Positions 9,228-19,353 of a stretch of 64,000 nucleotides of DNA are shown piece by piece (position 1 is the first letter of the stretch; each line of letters starts with the position of its first letter). The notes beneath the pieces are model-generated. The model did not search any database and had not been told where the DNA came from. It saw only the letters and a program-made list of their open reading frames with translations. The DNA is taken from positions 34,780-98,779 of the forward strand of contig JAHLVW010000074.1 in assembly GCA_019058275.1 (NCBI GenBank). The letters are read 5' to 3'. The stretch is from Candidatus Heimdallarchaeota archaeon (GTDB taxonomy: Archaea; Asgardarchaeota; Heimdallarchaeia; JABLTI01). The translations under genes were made by a program, and so were the position numbers.

Positions 9228-11069
9228 TTATTCCCATTTACCTTTATAGTATTCAACTATTCTTTCAGCAATTTTCCTATCAATTCCCTTTACCTTTTTC
9301 AGCTCTTCAATACTTGCTTTCTTTATTTCTTCAATGCTTCCAAAATGCTCAAGCAACAGATTTATTCTCTTTGTTCTAATATTTGGTATCTCCTCAAGTG
9401 AAGACTTAATCATTTTTTTACTTCTTCTTTGTCTGTGAAAACTTACAGCAAATCTGTGCGCTTCATCTCTTATGCGCTGTAATATTTTTAGAGCCTCAGA
9501 TCTTTTATCTAAAATTAATGAATCTCTATTATCTGGAAAGTGTATTTCCTCAAATTCCTTTGAAAGTCCAATAACTGGAATTTCAAGTAAATTCTCATTT
9601 AAAACGGAAATTACTGAACTAATCTGACCTGGACCTCCGTCAATTAGAATTAAATCAGGTTTTTCTTCTTTGCTTCCTAAACTTCCAGTAAATCTTCTTT
9701 TTATCATTTCTTTTATTGAAGCGAAATCATCTTGTCCTTCAATTGTTTTTATTATAAATTTCCTATAATCCTTTTTCTTTGGTTCTCCTTGTTCAAATAC
9801 AACGCATGAACCTACTGTGTTTGTGCCTTGTAAAGTTGATACATCATATCCTTCTATTCTTCTAGGAATTTCTTTAAGATTTAAGATTTTTTTCAATTCA
9901 GAAAGCCCTTTAGAAGTTCTCTCTTCTTTGATTTTCTGAAACTTTTCAATTGTACTTAGATTAGTTTTTGCATTAATCAAAGCTAAATTAATAAGTGATT
10001 TTTGCTCCTTTGTTTTTGCTTTAGTCAATACAGTAACCTTTTCTTCTGTTCCTTGCTTTGAACTCAACCACTCATTTATTACATTTTCATCTTCAATTTC
10101 AATCTGTATTAGAATCTTCTTTGGTATAAAATCAGTCTTTGAATAATATTGTTTAATAAAGGATGTTAATATTTCAAATTCTTCAAGAGCAAATGGTAAG
10201 TTCATAATAAAGTGCTTTTGTTCAATAATTCTACCTTGTCTCATTAACAAAATTTGTGCAATAGCCATTTTTTCTATCACTATTACTCCTATTATATCAT
10301 ACTCAGCATCTTTATTTTTAGAAACAATTATTTGTTTTTGAATAATTTTTTCTAAAGCAGAAATTTTATCTCTTAAGATAGCAGCTTTTTCATAATTCAT
10401 CTGATTTGAAGCTTCATTCATTTCTTCTTTAAGTTCTATAATTAAATCCTGCTGTTTTCCCTCAAATAATTTAATGAAATGCTTCATTGCTTTACTATAA
10501 TTCTCTAGACTAATTTTATTTACACAGGGTGCTAAACATCTATCTAATTGGAAAAATAAACATGACCTATCAAATTTTTCAATTTTAATTTCTTTTTTAC
10601 ATCTGGCTATTGGAAAAATAGTTAATGCTTTTTTTAAAGCTGCTCTTAATGCTTTAACATCTGTATATGGACCAAAATAAACATCTTTATTTTCAGTTCT
10701 CTTTCTTACTATTTCTACTCTTGGAATTTCTTCACTTGTTGTTATTTTTAGGTAAGGATATGTTTTGTCATCTTTTAATCTAGCATTCAGTTTAGGTTTA
10801 TGAACTTTAATGAGATTGTTTTCAAGAATTAATGCTTCAATCTCTGAATTTGTGATTATAAATTCCACATCTTTTGCTTCATCATTTATATCCCTTGTTT
10901 TTCTATCAGTTGCACTTTTGACGAAATAGGAGCTTACTCTCTTTCGAAGCGACTTTGCTTTACCAACATAAATAACCTTTTGATTTTCATTCTTAAATAA
11001 GTAAACCCCAGGTGAATCAGGAAATGATCTAACTAATATTAGTAAATTTTCATGTATCATATTTGGCAA
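9228..11069 (-). CDS. uvrC: Excinuclease ABC subunit C
   Basis: GIY-YIG domain (PGVY..YVGKAKSLRKRV), UVR domain, RIEGYDVS, DGG.GQ, RIRDEAHRFA, C-terminal HhH. Confidence 0.96.
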   Translation of the reverse strand: MPNMIHENLLILVRSFPDSPGVYLFKNENQKVIYVGKAKSLRKRVSSYFVKSATDRKTRDINDEAKDVEFIITNSEIEALILENNLIKVHKPKLNARLKDDKTYPYLKITTSEEIPRVEIVRKRTENKDVYFGPYTDVKALRAALKKALTIFPIARCKKEIKIEKFDRSCLFFQLDRCLAPCVNKISLENYSKAMKHFIKLFEGKQQDLIIELKEEMNEASNQMNYEKAAILRDKISALEKIIQKQIIVSKNKDAEYDIIGVIVIEKMAIAQILLMRQGRIIEQKHFIMNLPFALEEFEILTSFIKQYYSKTDFIPKKILIQIEIEDENVINEWLSSKQGTEEKVTVLTKAKTKEQKSLINLALINAKTNLSTIEKFQKIKEERTSKGLSELKKILNLKEIPRRIEGYDVSTLQGTNTVGSCVVFEQGEPKKKDYRKFIIKTIEGQDDFASIKEMIKRRFTGSLGSKEEKPDLILIDGGPGQISSVISVLNENLLEIPVIGLSKEFEEIHFPDNRDSLILDKRSEALKILQRIRDEAHRFAVSFHRQRRSKKMIKSSLEEIPNIRTKRINLLLEHFGSIEEIKKASIEELKKVKGIDRKIAERIVEYYKGKWE

Positions 11070-11331
11070 TTAATTTCACTTGCGTATTTTGTAATTGTAA
11101 TTATAGATTAATTCTAAAGATTATTATTTTATCTTACCAGTTGATTTATCTTTTATTATTTAATTCAATAAATTTCCATAATTTCAGCTGCTAATAAGCC
11201 TTCATTTGGTGTTTTTATAGTTCATTTTTAACTAATTTATGGTCGATTAGCTCGTAAAAGATCGATTTCTATGCCTATCAAAAAATTATGCAGGCATACA
11301 TAGAGAAATGAGAAGAGGCCTATGATCATCT

Positions 11332-12825
11332 ATGTCAGAGCAATTGTTCGATAATTTAAAATTATTAAGTGATAATTCAAATCTATCAAATGTCTTTGAA
11401 AAGACGATGATTAAATTCTACCCTAAAGTTAAGGATATTAATCAACAGATTGCTTTGGACCTGGGTTTTCTCTATATTTTCAGACAATTAGAAAATGATG
11501 ATGATAAAGATGAACTTGTAAATTTTTGGCAAGAGAATTCAGAACCTAAGATTATACAACTCCCAATGGGAGAATTTCATTATAGACCATATATTGATTT
11601 TATTTTTTTAGATAAAATTATGAGTGGATTATTTATTGAGACAACATTAGAACAAATGTCGAAATTTGATAGTCTAACCTTTTATGAATCATGTGCTATT
11701 CTTTTTGATCTCGAGCGATATTTTATTGTGCCTTTATCTGAAATGGACGTAAAAATCATAGAAGCTATTAGGGGTTTTATTGGAAAGGATAAGTATTATA
11801 ATAATGATTTACTGTCGAAAAAACTCAAGGTTAGATCAAATTACATAAGTAGAAGAATTGGTTACCTGCGTAATAATGCTTATTTTCGAGTAACAGGAAC
11901 TGTTAACTTTCCGATGATTGGTTTGAATTTATACATTATCCTAATAGAGTCGTCTCCTGCTTATTACGATGTTATACCTCAGTTATTTTCATCTCCATAT
12001 ACAAGAACAATTCGACGATGCCCAAATCAACGGTTTGATTATATTGTGTCATTAACAATCCCAAAGCAATATGAACAAAATCTCTTTGATTATCTGCAGA
12101 GATTAAATAAACATGAGAAAATTCGATCATACTATTGTGACGAAGTAAAGGAAATAGCAAATAATCTTAACTTTTCATATTATACCTATTCAAAAAGACC
12201 TTCGGTTTTATCTGCTAATAAACCAGGATTTTGTATCGATTGGTTTAGAGAAAGAATATTGAGCTTATCAAAAAATACAGAAATAGGTGATAATTCAAAT
12301 TTTCACAAGTTTCCCTTTGAGGGAAACCAAGTTGATTTCTCTATCATGGATCTCAAAGTTATGACTCTGTTTAGAAGAGATCTTGATAGTTCAGTTCGAA
12401 CAATAGCAAAGAGATTAGCTCTCACTTGGGATGATACAAATTACCATTTGGAAAGAGCTAAGAAGCTTCTATTCCCAATGATATTATTGTATTACATGGG
12501 ATTGAATCAAACTGCTATCTTGTTCTTTGAGGAGATTTCTAAGAAACAGATCCTTCAACTACAAACTATTCTGACTCGAATGCCACAAACGTTTTCATAC
12601 TCTTTTAAAAATAAAGGAGCCATCGTAACTGTTGATTTAATGAATGGTTCACATCGTCTAAATGATCTAATTTGTGAAACATTGCCAGAACTAAAAAACA
12701 CACAATTCTCTTTAGCATCTAAAACTAGTGGTATTTTTAGACCGATTCCTTACAAATATTATAATGAAGAGGGGAAGTCTTGGATTTTTCCTGAAAATTT
12801 CTTTCTTCTTAATGATTTAAAATAA
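11332..12825 (+). CDS. Large regulator with tandem HTH and Lrp/AsnC-like modules
   Basis: Two HTH-like segments (LSKKLKVRSNYISRRI; SVRTIAKRLALTWDDT), each followed by an Lrp-like (N/Y)x3GL-hydrophobic strand. C-terminal P..Y.Y....K.W motif shared with 46357-48087. Confidence 0.6.
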   Translation: MSEQLFDNLKLLSDNSNLSNVFEKTMIKFYPKVKDINQQIALDLGFLYIFRQLENDDDKDELVNFWQENSEPKIIQLPMGEFHYRPYIDFIFLDKIMSGLFIETTLEQMSKFDSLTFYESCAILFDLERYFIVPLSEMDVKIIEAIRGFIGKDKYYNNDLLSKKLKVRSNYISRRIGYLRNNAYFRVTGTVNFPMIGLNLYIILIESSPAYYDVIPQLFSSPYTRTIRRCPNQRFDYIVSLTIPKQYEQNLFDYLQRLNKHEKIRSYYCDEVKEIANNLNFSYYTYSKRPSVLSANKPGFCIDWFRERILSLSKNTEIGDNSNFHKFPFEGNQVDFSIMDLKVMTLFRRDLDSSVRTIAKRLALTWDDTNYHLERAKKLLFPMILLYYMGLNQTAILFFEEISKKQILQLQTILTRMPQTFSYSFKNKGAIVTVDLMNGSHRLNDLICETLPELKNTQFSLASKTSGIFRPIPYKYYNEEGKSWIFPENFFLLNDLK

Positions 12826-12924
12826 AATGCTGTATTTCTTTGCTTTATTAATAACAGTCCATTTATACATGCAATAAGTTAATAATTAATTAGTTATAGA
12901 ACTTGCATATTTGAGGAAAACTAA

Positions 12925-15246
12925 TTGAAATCTCGAGTCAAAGTCATTTGTAGAGGTATAGTTCAAGGTATAGGTTTCAGACCCTTTGTTTATAGATTTG
13001 CAAAAAAATTAAACTTAACAGGCTTTGTCAGAAATCAAGGTGATGCAGGTGTTCAAATTATTGCAGAAGGTCCAAAGGAGGACCTTGACAAATTTGTTAA
13101 TTTTCTTAAATATGACAAACCTTACCTCGCTAAGTATGAAGATTTTCAAGTAATGTGGGAATCTTTTCAAAATGAATTCACTAAATTTGAGATTTTATCA
13201 AGCTCTGTGAAAAAAGTGGGTGGAGTTTCATATCTTCCTCCTGATATTTCAATTTGTGTTGATTGTTTAAAAGACATGCAAAAAACTGATAATGATCGGT
13301 TTAATTATGCTTTTACTTCTTGTGCAATTTGTGGTCCAAGATATACAACCATTACAAGCCTACCATATGATAGACCTAATACAACAATGATAGATTTCCC
13401 ATTATGTTATATGTGTAAAAGTGAATATGATAATCCATTAGATCGAAGACATCATGCCCAAACAACATGCTGTGCGAAATGTGGACCAACATTAACTTTA
13501 CACAATAAAAATGGAAGTAAAATCAAAACTAAGGATTTGTATAATGAAATTGTTAAGTTAATTTCAGAAGGAAACATAATTACAATTAAAGGAATCGGAG
13601 GAACACATCTAGCTTGTTCAGCTGTTGATGCAGAGCCAATATTACGGTTAAGGACACGTAAAGGAAAAAGAAAACATAAGCCCTTTGCAGTAATTTCTAA
13701 ATCCATAGATGAAATAAGGAAATTTGCTTCAGTTAATGCTATTGAAGCGCAATTACTAGTAAGTCATCGTAGACCAATTGTTTTGTTGGAAAAGAAGCAA
13801 CCATTTCCTTTATCTGAATGGATTGCTCCTGAATTGTTCAATATAGGAGTAATGTTACCATATTCAGGGATTCACTCATTAATATTGGATATGTTGAATG
13901 ATCCTGCTTTAATTCTTACAAGCGCCAATCCTTCAAATGTTCCAATGTATATCAAAAACAAACAAATATTATCAAATGTAGACGATCTTGCTGACTATAT
14001 TCTTTTACACAATAGAAGAATACACCAACGTGCTGATGACAGTGTTATAAGATTATCAAATGATAATCCTGTATTAATAAGAAGATCTAGAGGTTGGGTT
14101 CCAGAACCTATAAATCTGCCATTTAACCTGAAAGATTATGTTTCACTAGGCGTAGGTCCACTTTTAACCTCAACTGGAGCTATTGCAATGACAAATCGTT
14201 GTTTTCCAACTCAATATATAGGTAATGTTGATACACTAGAAACATTAGATTTTCTCGAATCAGCCATTAATCACTTAGGATCATTATTAGGTGTAGATTC
14301 ATACAAAATTATTGGATACGATTTACACCCAAATTTCTTTTCAACAAAATTGGCTAAAAAATATGCAACAGAAAATAATGCTGATTTATTACAAATACAA
14401 CATCATCATGCACATGCAGCTTCCTTAATGATTGATAATCAATTACCCATAGAAGAGGAGATTGTTGCGATTATTGCTGATGGGGTTGGATATGGAATCG
14501 ATGGTGTAATTTGGGGAGGTGAAATATTTCATACAACCTATAAAGGCTTTAAAAGGATAGGGCACCTTGAAGAACAACCAATGATTGGTGGAGATAGAGC
14601 TACTTATTATCCAATAAGAATGGTTGCTGGAATTCTTTCAAAAATACTATCTGAGGATGAAATTTACAGATTACTAACAAAGAATTATCCTGATAGTCTA
14701 CCGGGCGGGGATAATGAAATACGTGTATTACTCACTCAACTAGAAAAAAACATTAATGTGTCTAGTACAACAAGCACAGGTAGAATTCTCGCTACAGTCA
14801 GCGCATTGCTTAAAGCTTGTTATGAAAGAACTTACGAGGGAGAGCCTGCAATTATATTAGAATCATTAGCATATAATGGGAATCCCAAAGGAGTTTCTTT
14901 TAAAATACCGGAAGCAGATAATGGTATAATAGATACAACATCATTAATTCATCAAGCATTAGAATTCTATAATTCTGGTGTAAGGCCTGCCAATATTGCA
15001 GCTGCAGTACATTCCGAAATAGCAAATCAATTTGCTAATGCTGCCATCAAATATGCAAAATCTAATTCAATTAGAAAAATTGGTTTTACAGGTGGAGTGG
15101 CGTATAATGATATGATCTCGAGACAAATTTTTAAAAAAGTAAAAGATGCAAAACTTGAATTTTTACAACATAAATCATTGCCTTGTGGCGATGGTGGAAT
15201 AAGTAGTGGTCAATCAGTGATTGCAGCTCTAAGTAAAAATGAATAG
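12925..15246 (+). CDS. hypF: [NiFe]-hydrogenase maturation carbamoyltransferase
   Basis: GIVQGIGFRPFVYR acylphosphatase domain, CxxC zinc fingers, KGIGG, QHHHAH, DGVGYG, PCGDGGISSGQ. Confidence 0.96.
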   Translation: MKSRVKVICRGIVQGIGFRPFVYRFAKKLNLTGFVRNQGDAGVQIIAEGPKEDLDKFVNFLKYDKPYLAKYEDFQVMWESFQNEFTKFEILSSSVKKVGGVSYLPPDISICVDCLKDMQKTDNDRFNYAFTSCAICGPRYTTITSLPYDRPNTTMIDFPLCYMCKSEYDNPLDRRHHAQTTCCAKCGPTLTLHNKNGSKIKTKDLYNEIVKLISEGNIITIKGIGGTHLACSAVDAEPILRLRTRKGKRKHKPFAVISKSIDEIRKFASVNAIEAQLLVSHRRPIVLLEKKQPFPLSEWIAPELFNIGVMLPYSGIHSLILDMLNDPALILTSANPSNVPMYIKNKQILSNVDDLADYILLHNRRIHQRADDSVIRLSNDNPVLIRRSRGWVPEPINLPFNLKDYVSLGVGPLLTSTGAIAMTNRCFPTQYIGNVDTLETLDFLESAINHLGSLLGVDSYKIIGYDLHPNFFSTKLAKKYATENNADLLQIQHHHAHAASLMIDNQLPIEEEIVAIIADGVGYGIDGVIWGGEIFHTTYKGFKRIGHLEEQPMIGGDRATYYPIRMVAGILSKILSEDEIYRLLTKNYPDSLPGGDNEIRVLLTQLEKNINVSSTTSTGRILATVSALLKACYERTYEGEPAIILESLAYNGNPKGVSFKIPEADNGIIDTTSLIHQALEFYNSGVRPANIAAAVHSEIANQFANAAIKYAKSNSIRKIGFTGGVAYNDMISRQIFKKVKDAKLEFLQHKSLPCGDGGISSGQSVIAALSKNE

Positions 15247-15281
15247 GAAAGTTCCGTAATACATGAAATACAAATAATACT

Positions 15282-15794
15282 CTAGCTTGATTTTGAAAGA
15301 GCAGTTTGCTTCTTAAGATTTTGAACATTATCAAAAATCATTTTTGTATAAACCTTAATCCATTTTTCTCTTTCTTCAGGTGATTGATTTTCCAGATTAT
15401 TTATAGTAATTAAATCTAGAAAATTCTGTGATAATTCATTAAAATCTGATAGTCTAGGTGAATCTATTATATTTAATACTGCAGCTACCATGAGAGTAAA
15501 AATGGCTTTAATTAAATTTAATCTAGCTTGTTCCAGAGTTCTATAGAATGCTCGTTTTGTTACATTTCTAATTTTACCACGTTCAAGATATCCTAAATCT
15601 GGATTTATCTCATCTGTTATTATGTCAACAACCAACGTTTCCAATTGTATTTTCGTCAAATTTGTCCATACTTTAGATCCCTTAATTGATGAATCATTAT
15701 TTTCATAAAATAATTTAATTACTGGATTGTTTAGTATATTATTGACTTGTTGTTTAATCTGTTTTATATCGCTTTTATTCATTTGATGCACCAA
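15282..15794 (-). CDS. Hypothetical protein with probable HTH
   Basis: LTKIQLETL...ERGKIRNVTKRAFYRTLEQARLN looks like a sigma-region-4/HTH segment. TTG start. Confidence 0.6.
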   Translation of the reverse strand: MVHQMNKSDIKQIKQQVNNILNNPVIKLFYENNDSSIKGSKVWTNLTKIQLETLVVDIITDEINPDLGYLERGKIRNVTKRAFYRTLEQARLNLIKAIFTLMVAAVLNIIDSPRLSDFNELSQNFLDLITINNLENQSPEEREKWIKVYTKMIFDNVQNLKKQTALSKSS

Positions 15795-16894
15795 GTATAC
15801 AATATTATACGACTGTATGTCATCATTATAAAATGTTTCCGATTAGTGTCAAAAAAAGCCAAAGTGTCAGAAATAATTAATTTTTATGACATTATGTTAT
15901 ATATTCTTATATATTTACAACATATACTTTTTGCTGTTTTTTGACCTTTTTTTCACTATTTACCCGTACATCTGTATTATTTGTAATACAAATAATACTG
16001 AACTACTAATTTATAGAAGATTTCTACTGAAAATCGCTAAAAGAAACATAAAACAAGATACTTTACCTGAAGATTCAAAGGTTGACAGTATTTTTATCAA
16101 TTAAACAAAGATTAAATAAAAAATGAGAAAGAATGTTGTGTATCTATAAAAAAGGACAATTTTTCTATGTTACTTTCTATCTTTTCGCTTAAAATAACAT
16201 TTAGATCACTATTTTATTATCTCTATTATCCTTTTTTTGTAAAAAATTGATTATTTCTACTGTAAAATTGTGTTTTATTTAGTATTAAATTGATATAAAA
16301 TAAGTAGAACCTGAATTTGTAATATTTGTATTACAAATAATACTTACATTTCTTTTTTGAATAATTTGCTAATCTTCTTACGAACTACAAATATAACAAG
16401 AACATTATCAGAGTATTTGAGATGTGATCTTTAATGTAATATTCTTATCAAAAATGGCAAAGCAAATTCCATTGGTGGAAAAATATAAGATTTTCTTTCA
16501 TTTATTAATTATTTCTTTTAATACATGTATTAAAAGCAACACAAGTCACATATTTATTACATATAATTCAAGTAATACAAATATTGCACATATTGCTTAT
16601 AATATTCACAAATTTACATATGTTTAATTATCTACAAATGATCTTTTATCTATCTACATTTGTCATCTAATTGTGTTCTATCTCCACTTTGTATTATATG
16701 TAATACATATATTACTTTAAAACATCCCGTATGTACATTTATAATAGTATTATAGATAATTATTTCCTAAAAAAATTTCTTTTCATATAAAGTGAATTTT
16801 TTTCTCTAATTTTAGATCAAAATCATCAAAATTAATATGAGAGAAACAACCTAAAACATGAATTTTGTATTGCATGTAATACATGCAATATCAT

Positions 16895-17224
16895 TCAGAA
16901 ATGATATTTAGATGCAATATCTGGAAATTCAACTTTTATTGTTCTTTTTAAAGCATCTTCAATAAACTTTGATCTATTTAGATATTTTTCATCTGTTAAA
17001 TCATTTAATGCTTCAACGAGGTCCGAACTTACAGTTGCAGAAATAACTGGTCTACTCCTTAAACCAGGAACTTTATCGATTTCTCTCTTAGCTTTTCTTA
17101 CAGTAGGTTTTGGTGGTAATAGCTTTTTTTCTTCCTTTTTCTGTGGTGTAGCTTTAATACCTTTTTCTTCTTTAGAAGTTGTTTTTCTTGTTTCTTCTTT
17201 CCTGTATTTTTGTAATAGACTCAT
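16895..17224 (-). CDS. Ribbon-helix-helix protein with long basic, disordered N-terminal tail (ParG/Omega-like architecture)
   Basis: RHH: PVISATV strand, SDLVEALNDLTDE helix, NRSKFIEDALKRTI helix. About 55-aa Lys/Pro-rich tail. Confidence 0.8.
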   Translation of the reverse strand: MSLLQKYRKEETRKTTSKEEKGIKATPQKKEEKKLLPPKPTVRKAKREIDKVPGLRSRPVISATVSSDLVEALNDLTDEKYLNRSKFIEDALKRTIKVEFPDIASKYHF

Positions 17225-17288
17225 GTTTAATTCCCTTTAATCTTGTAATTAATACATGTAATACATGAAATATAAATATTACTTTCAC

Positions 17289-18242
17289 TTATACTTCAGT
17301 TAAAAATTCTTTATAGTAATTAGATACTAAATTTGCGATTTCAAAATCAATTTTTCCTTTACCTTTTTTTCGGTTGAGCCCGTCAGCAGCAACACTTACA
17401 GTAGCTCTACATAATAATCTTAAATCTCTAGGAATTCCTTGTGAATTTTCAAATAGAATTTTAGCTGCATTTTCATTAAATGGTTCTATTGAAAAATTGT
17501 CAATATCAAAACTAGAAATCTCACCTTTTGCATAAGCAATTCTTCTACCAATAAATTCTCGAGAGTGCTTCCATTCAAATCTTGGTACGTCAATTGGCTC
17601 ACATCTATCAGCGATTTGAGGTAATACTGCAGCTAATGCTTGAAAATATTCTGTTGTGCCAGACATGATTATTGTAGCTATAGGTTCCTCAGCTTCCTCA
17701 GCGTATAGATCAGCTAAATATTGTAATTTACTAAATATCTCATGTTGATTTTCACTTATGTCTTCTGCTAATAAAACAGATCTAACTTTTTCTTTTGTAT
17801 ATTTTTCAATTATGTCTTTACCAACAGAATCCATAATTTCATCTGAATCATCAGTTTTGTTAAATTTAACATTAAATCCTATTGCACAAAGTCTTGCAAA
17901 TTGTCTTGCATGTAATCCCGATCTATCGATATATGCTGTTCTAAATGTATTATTATTTAGATCCTTCAAATCTCGTATGTCTCTTCTAATTAAAATTAAA
18001 TGAGTAGATTTACCTACACCTACAGGTCCTCTTATAAAAATAGCAGGTCTTTCATTTGAAACTACTATATCAACTAAAGACTCAAGAAATTCCGACATTT
18101 CAACTAATAAATCAGGATTTGGTAAAGTAAATCCTAAAAATGGATTTCTTTTAAATCCCATTTCTTTTATCCATGATTCTAGTATTTCTTTTCTTGCTTC
18201 AAAATGTTTTGAAAATGGTGACATTCTGTTGGTTTTAGACAA
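17289..18242 (-). CDS. ExeA/TnsC-like AAA+ ATPase
   Basis: GFKRNPF N-motif, Walker A GPVGVGKST, atypical Walker B VLLAED, Arg finger QIADR, sensor-2 SQGIPRDL. TTG start with GGTGA SD. Confidence 0.8.
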   Translation of the reverse strand: MSKTNRMSPFSKHFEARKEILESWIKEMGFKRNPFLGFTLPNPDLLVEMSEFLESLVDIVVSNERPAIFIRGPVGVGKSTHLILIRRDIRDLKDLNNNTFRTAYIDRSGLHARQFARLCAIGFNVKFNKTDDSDEIMDSVGKDIIEKYTKEKVRSVLLAEDISENQHEIFSKLQYLADLYAEEAEEPIATIIMSGTTEYFQALAAVLPQIADRCEPIDVPRFEWKHSREFIGRRIAYAKGEISSFDIDNFSIEPFNENAAKILFENSQGIPRDLRLLCRATVSVAADGLNRKKGKGKIDFEIANLVSNYYKEFLTEV

Positions 18243-18434
18243 TTAATTCACCTAATTTGTAATACAAGTATTTCGTATATATTTCTGATAATTTAGTTTA
18301 GATGTCTTTTTTCATAAAAAAGTGTCGGTAAAAGTTAGTAAATGATATAATTTTTGTTCCAGTAAAATGTTTAAATAACAACAAATAATAACTAAAACTC
18401 CATATTTTTTGTTATAACAAAATAACGAGTTGAT

Positions 18435-19022
18435 ATGATGTCTAGTGAAGATGATATTTTCTTGAAAACTTTTACTCAGATGATAGAAATTTTGAAGACC
18501 ATGAATACTTCAATTGATTTGATTAGAAAATCTGTAGAAGTTATCCAATTATCTATTGATGGTTTAGGAACTGGTCTTACAAATGTCAATGCACAACTTG
18601 ACAAACTTAACAATAAATTTGATGATTTATCAAACAAATTAGAAAGTACTCCTGTTCATACACCAACTAAAGTAACGGAAACAAAAGCAACAGCTACTCC
18701 AACAAAGAAGAAAGAAACTAAAGCTGTCAGCCCAGGACCTGCAGTTTCATCACCAATGCCACAAAGCAGTAGTGCTCAACATCCGATATTCATAGATTTA
18801 GTTAAGAAGATAAATGAAACTGCTAAATTTAAAGAAGTTGGAGAAGCTCTAATAGAATCTTTAGAGCAGATTGAATCTAGTTTTTCATTCAGCCGAGTGT
18901 TTTACGAAATTCGTAGAATTGCTAATAGTCTAATTCGTAAAGGGGATAATGATTTTCCTCCTAATGATAGATTGGAATTAGTAGAAAAAATACTGGACTG
19001 GGAACAAAGATTAGCTGAATGA
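18435..19022 (+). CDS. Hypothetical protein: N-terminal coiled coil, Thr/Pro linker, helical C-terminal domain
   Basis: 195-aa ORF with heptad pattern and low-complexity linker. Confidence 0.6.
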   Translation: MMSSEDDIFLKTFTQMIEILKTMNTSIDLIRKSVEVIQLSIDGLGTGLTNVNAQLDKLNNKFDDLSNKLESTPVHTPTKVTETKATATPTKKKETKAVSPGPAVSSPMPQSSSAQHPIFIDLVKKINETAKFKEVGEALIESLEQIESSFSFSRVFYEIRRIANSLIRKGDNDFPPNDRLELVEKILDWEQRLAE

Positions 19023-19101
19023 TTTTCTTTCCCACTTCTTTTTTTGTACATATAACGAAAATCATATATTTTACATTTTTTTAATAGGAGAAATAATACT
19101 C

Positions 19102-19305
19102 ATGACACTAGAAATTCCACTTGCACCATTAGATCATTTACTGCAAAAAACTGGTGCAAAATGTGTAAGCTCATCAGCTGCAGGTGCTTTAAAAGAGATT
19201 CTTGGGAATGTAAGTAATCAAATTGCAACACGAGCATTAGAACTCTCTAAGCATGCTAATAGATCAACAGTAACAGAGGACGACATCAAATTAGCTTACA
19301 GGTAG
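19102..19305 (+). CDS. Archaeal histone (HMf-like) with substituted DNA-contact residues
   Basis: EIPLAP..LL...GA..VS..A..AL.E..; HANRSTVTEDDIKLA. AGGAG SD. Confidence 0.9.
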   Translation: MTLEIPLAPLDHLLQKTGAKCVSSSAAGALKEILGNVSNQIATRALELSKHANRSTVTEDDIKLAYR

Positions 19306-19353
19306 TGGTTAGCAAAGCATTAATAGCATATCTCTGTAATAAAATAGAAATGA

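Larger units (their letters stand above)
15256..18274. repeat. Nine intergenic clusters of GTAWTAC-type heptamers with 2-bp spacers (9-bp period)
   Basis: Clusters at 15256-15280, 15974-15998, 16319-16343, 16516-16535, 16554-16605, 16691-16715, 16867-16891, 17249-17282 and 18259-18274. Examples: GTATTAT-TT-GTAATAC-AA-ATAATAC and GTATTGC-AT-GTAATAC-AT-GCAATAT. Confidence 0.85.

Noticed and set aside
16465-16490. TTCCATTGGTGGAAAA as an ORB
   Set aside because: Wrong internal spacing, no G-string and no partner box.
15747-16627. Short + strand ORFs (15747, 15886, 16424)
   Set aside because: Ile/Phe/Tyr-rich spurious translations of the AT-rich repeat region.
15256-18274. Heptamer clusters as a CRISPR array
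   Set aside because: Repeats are degenerate and irregularly spaced by hundreds of bp, with no spacer structure and no cas genes.
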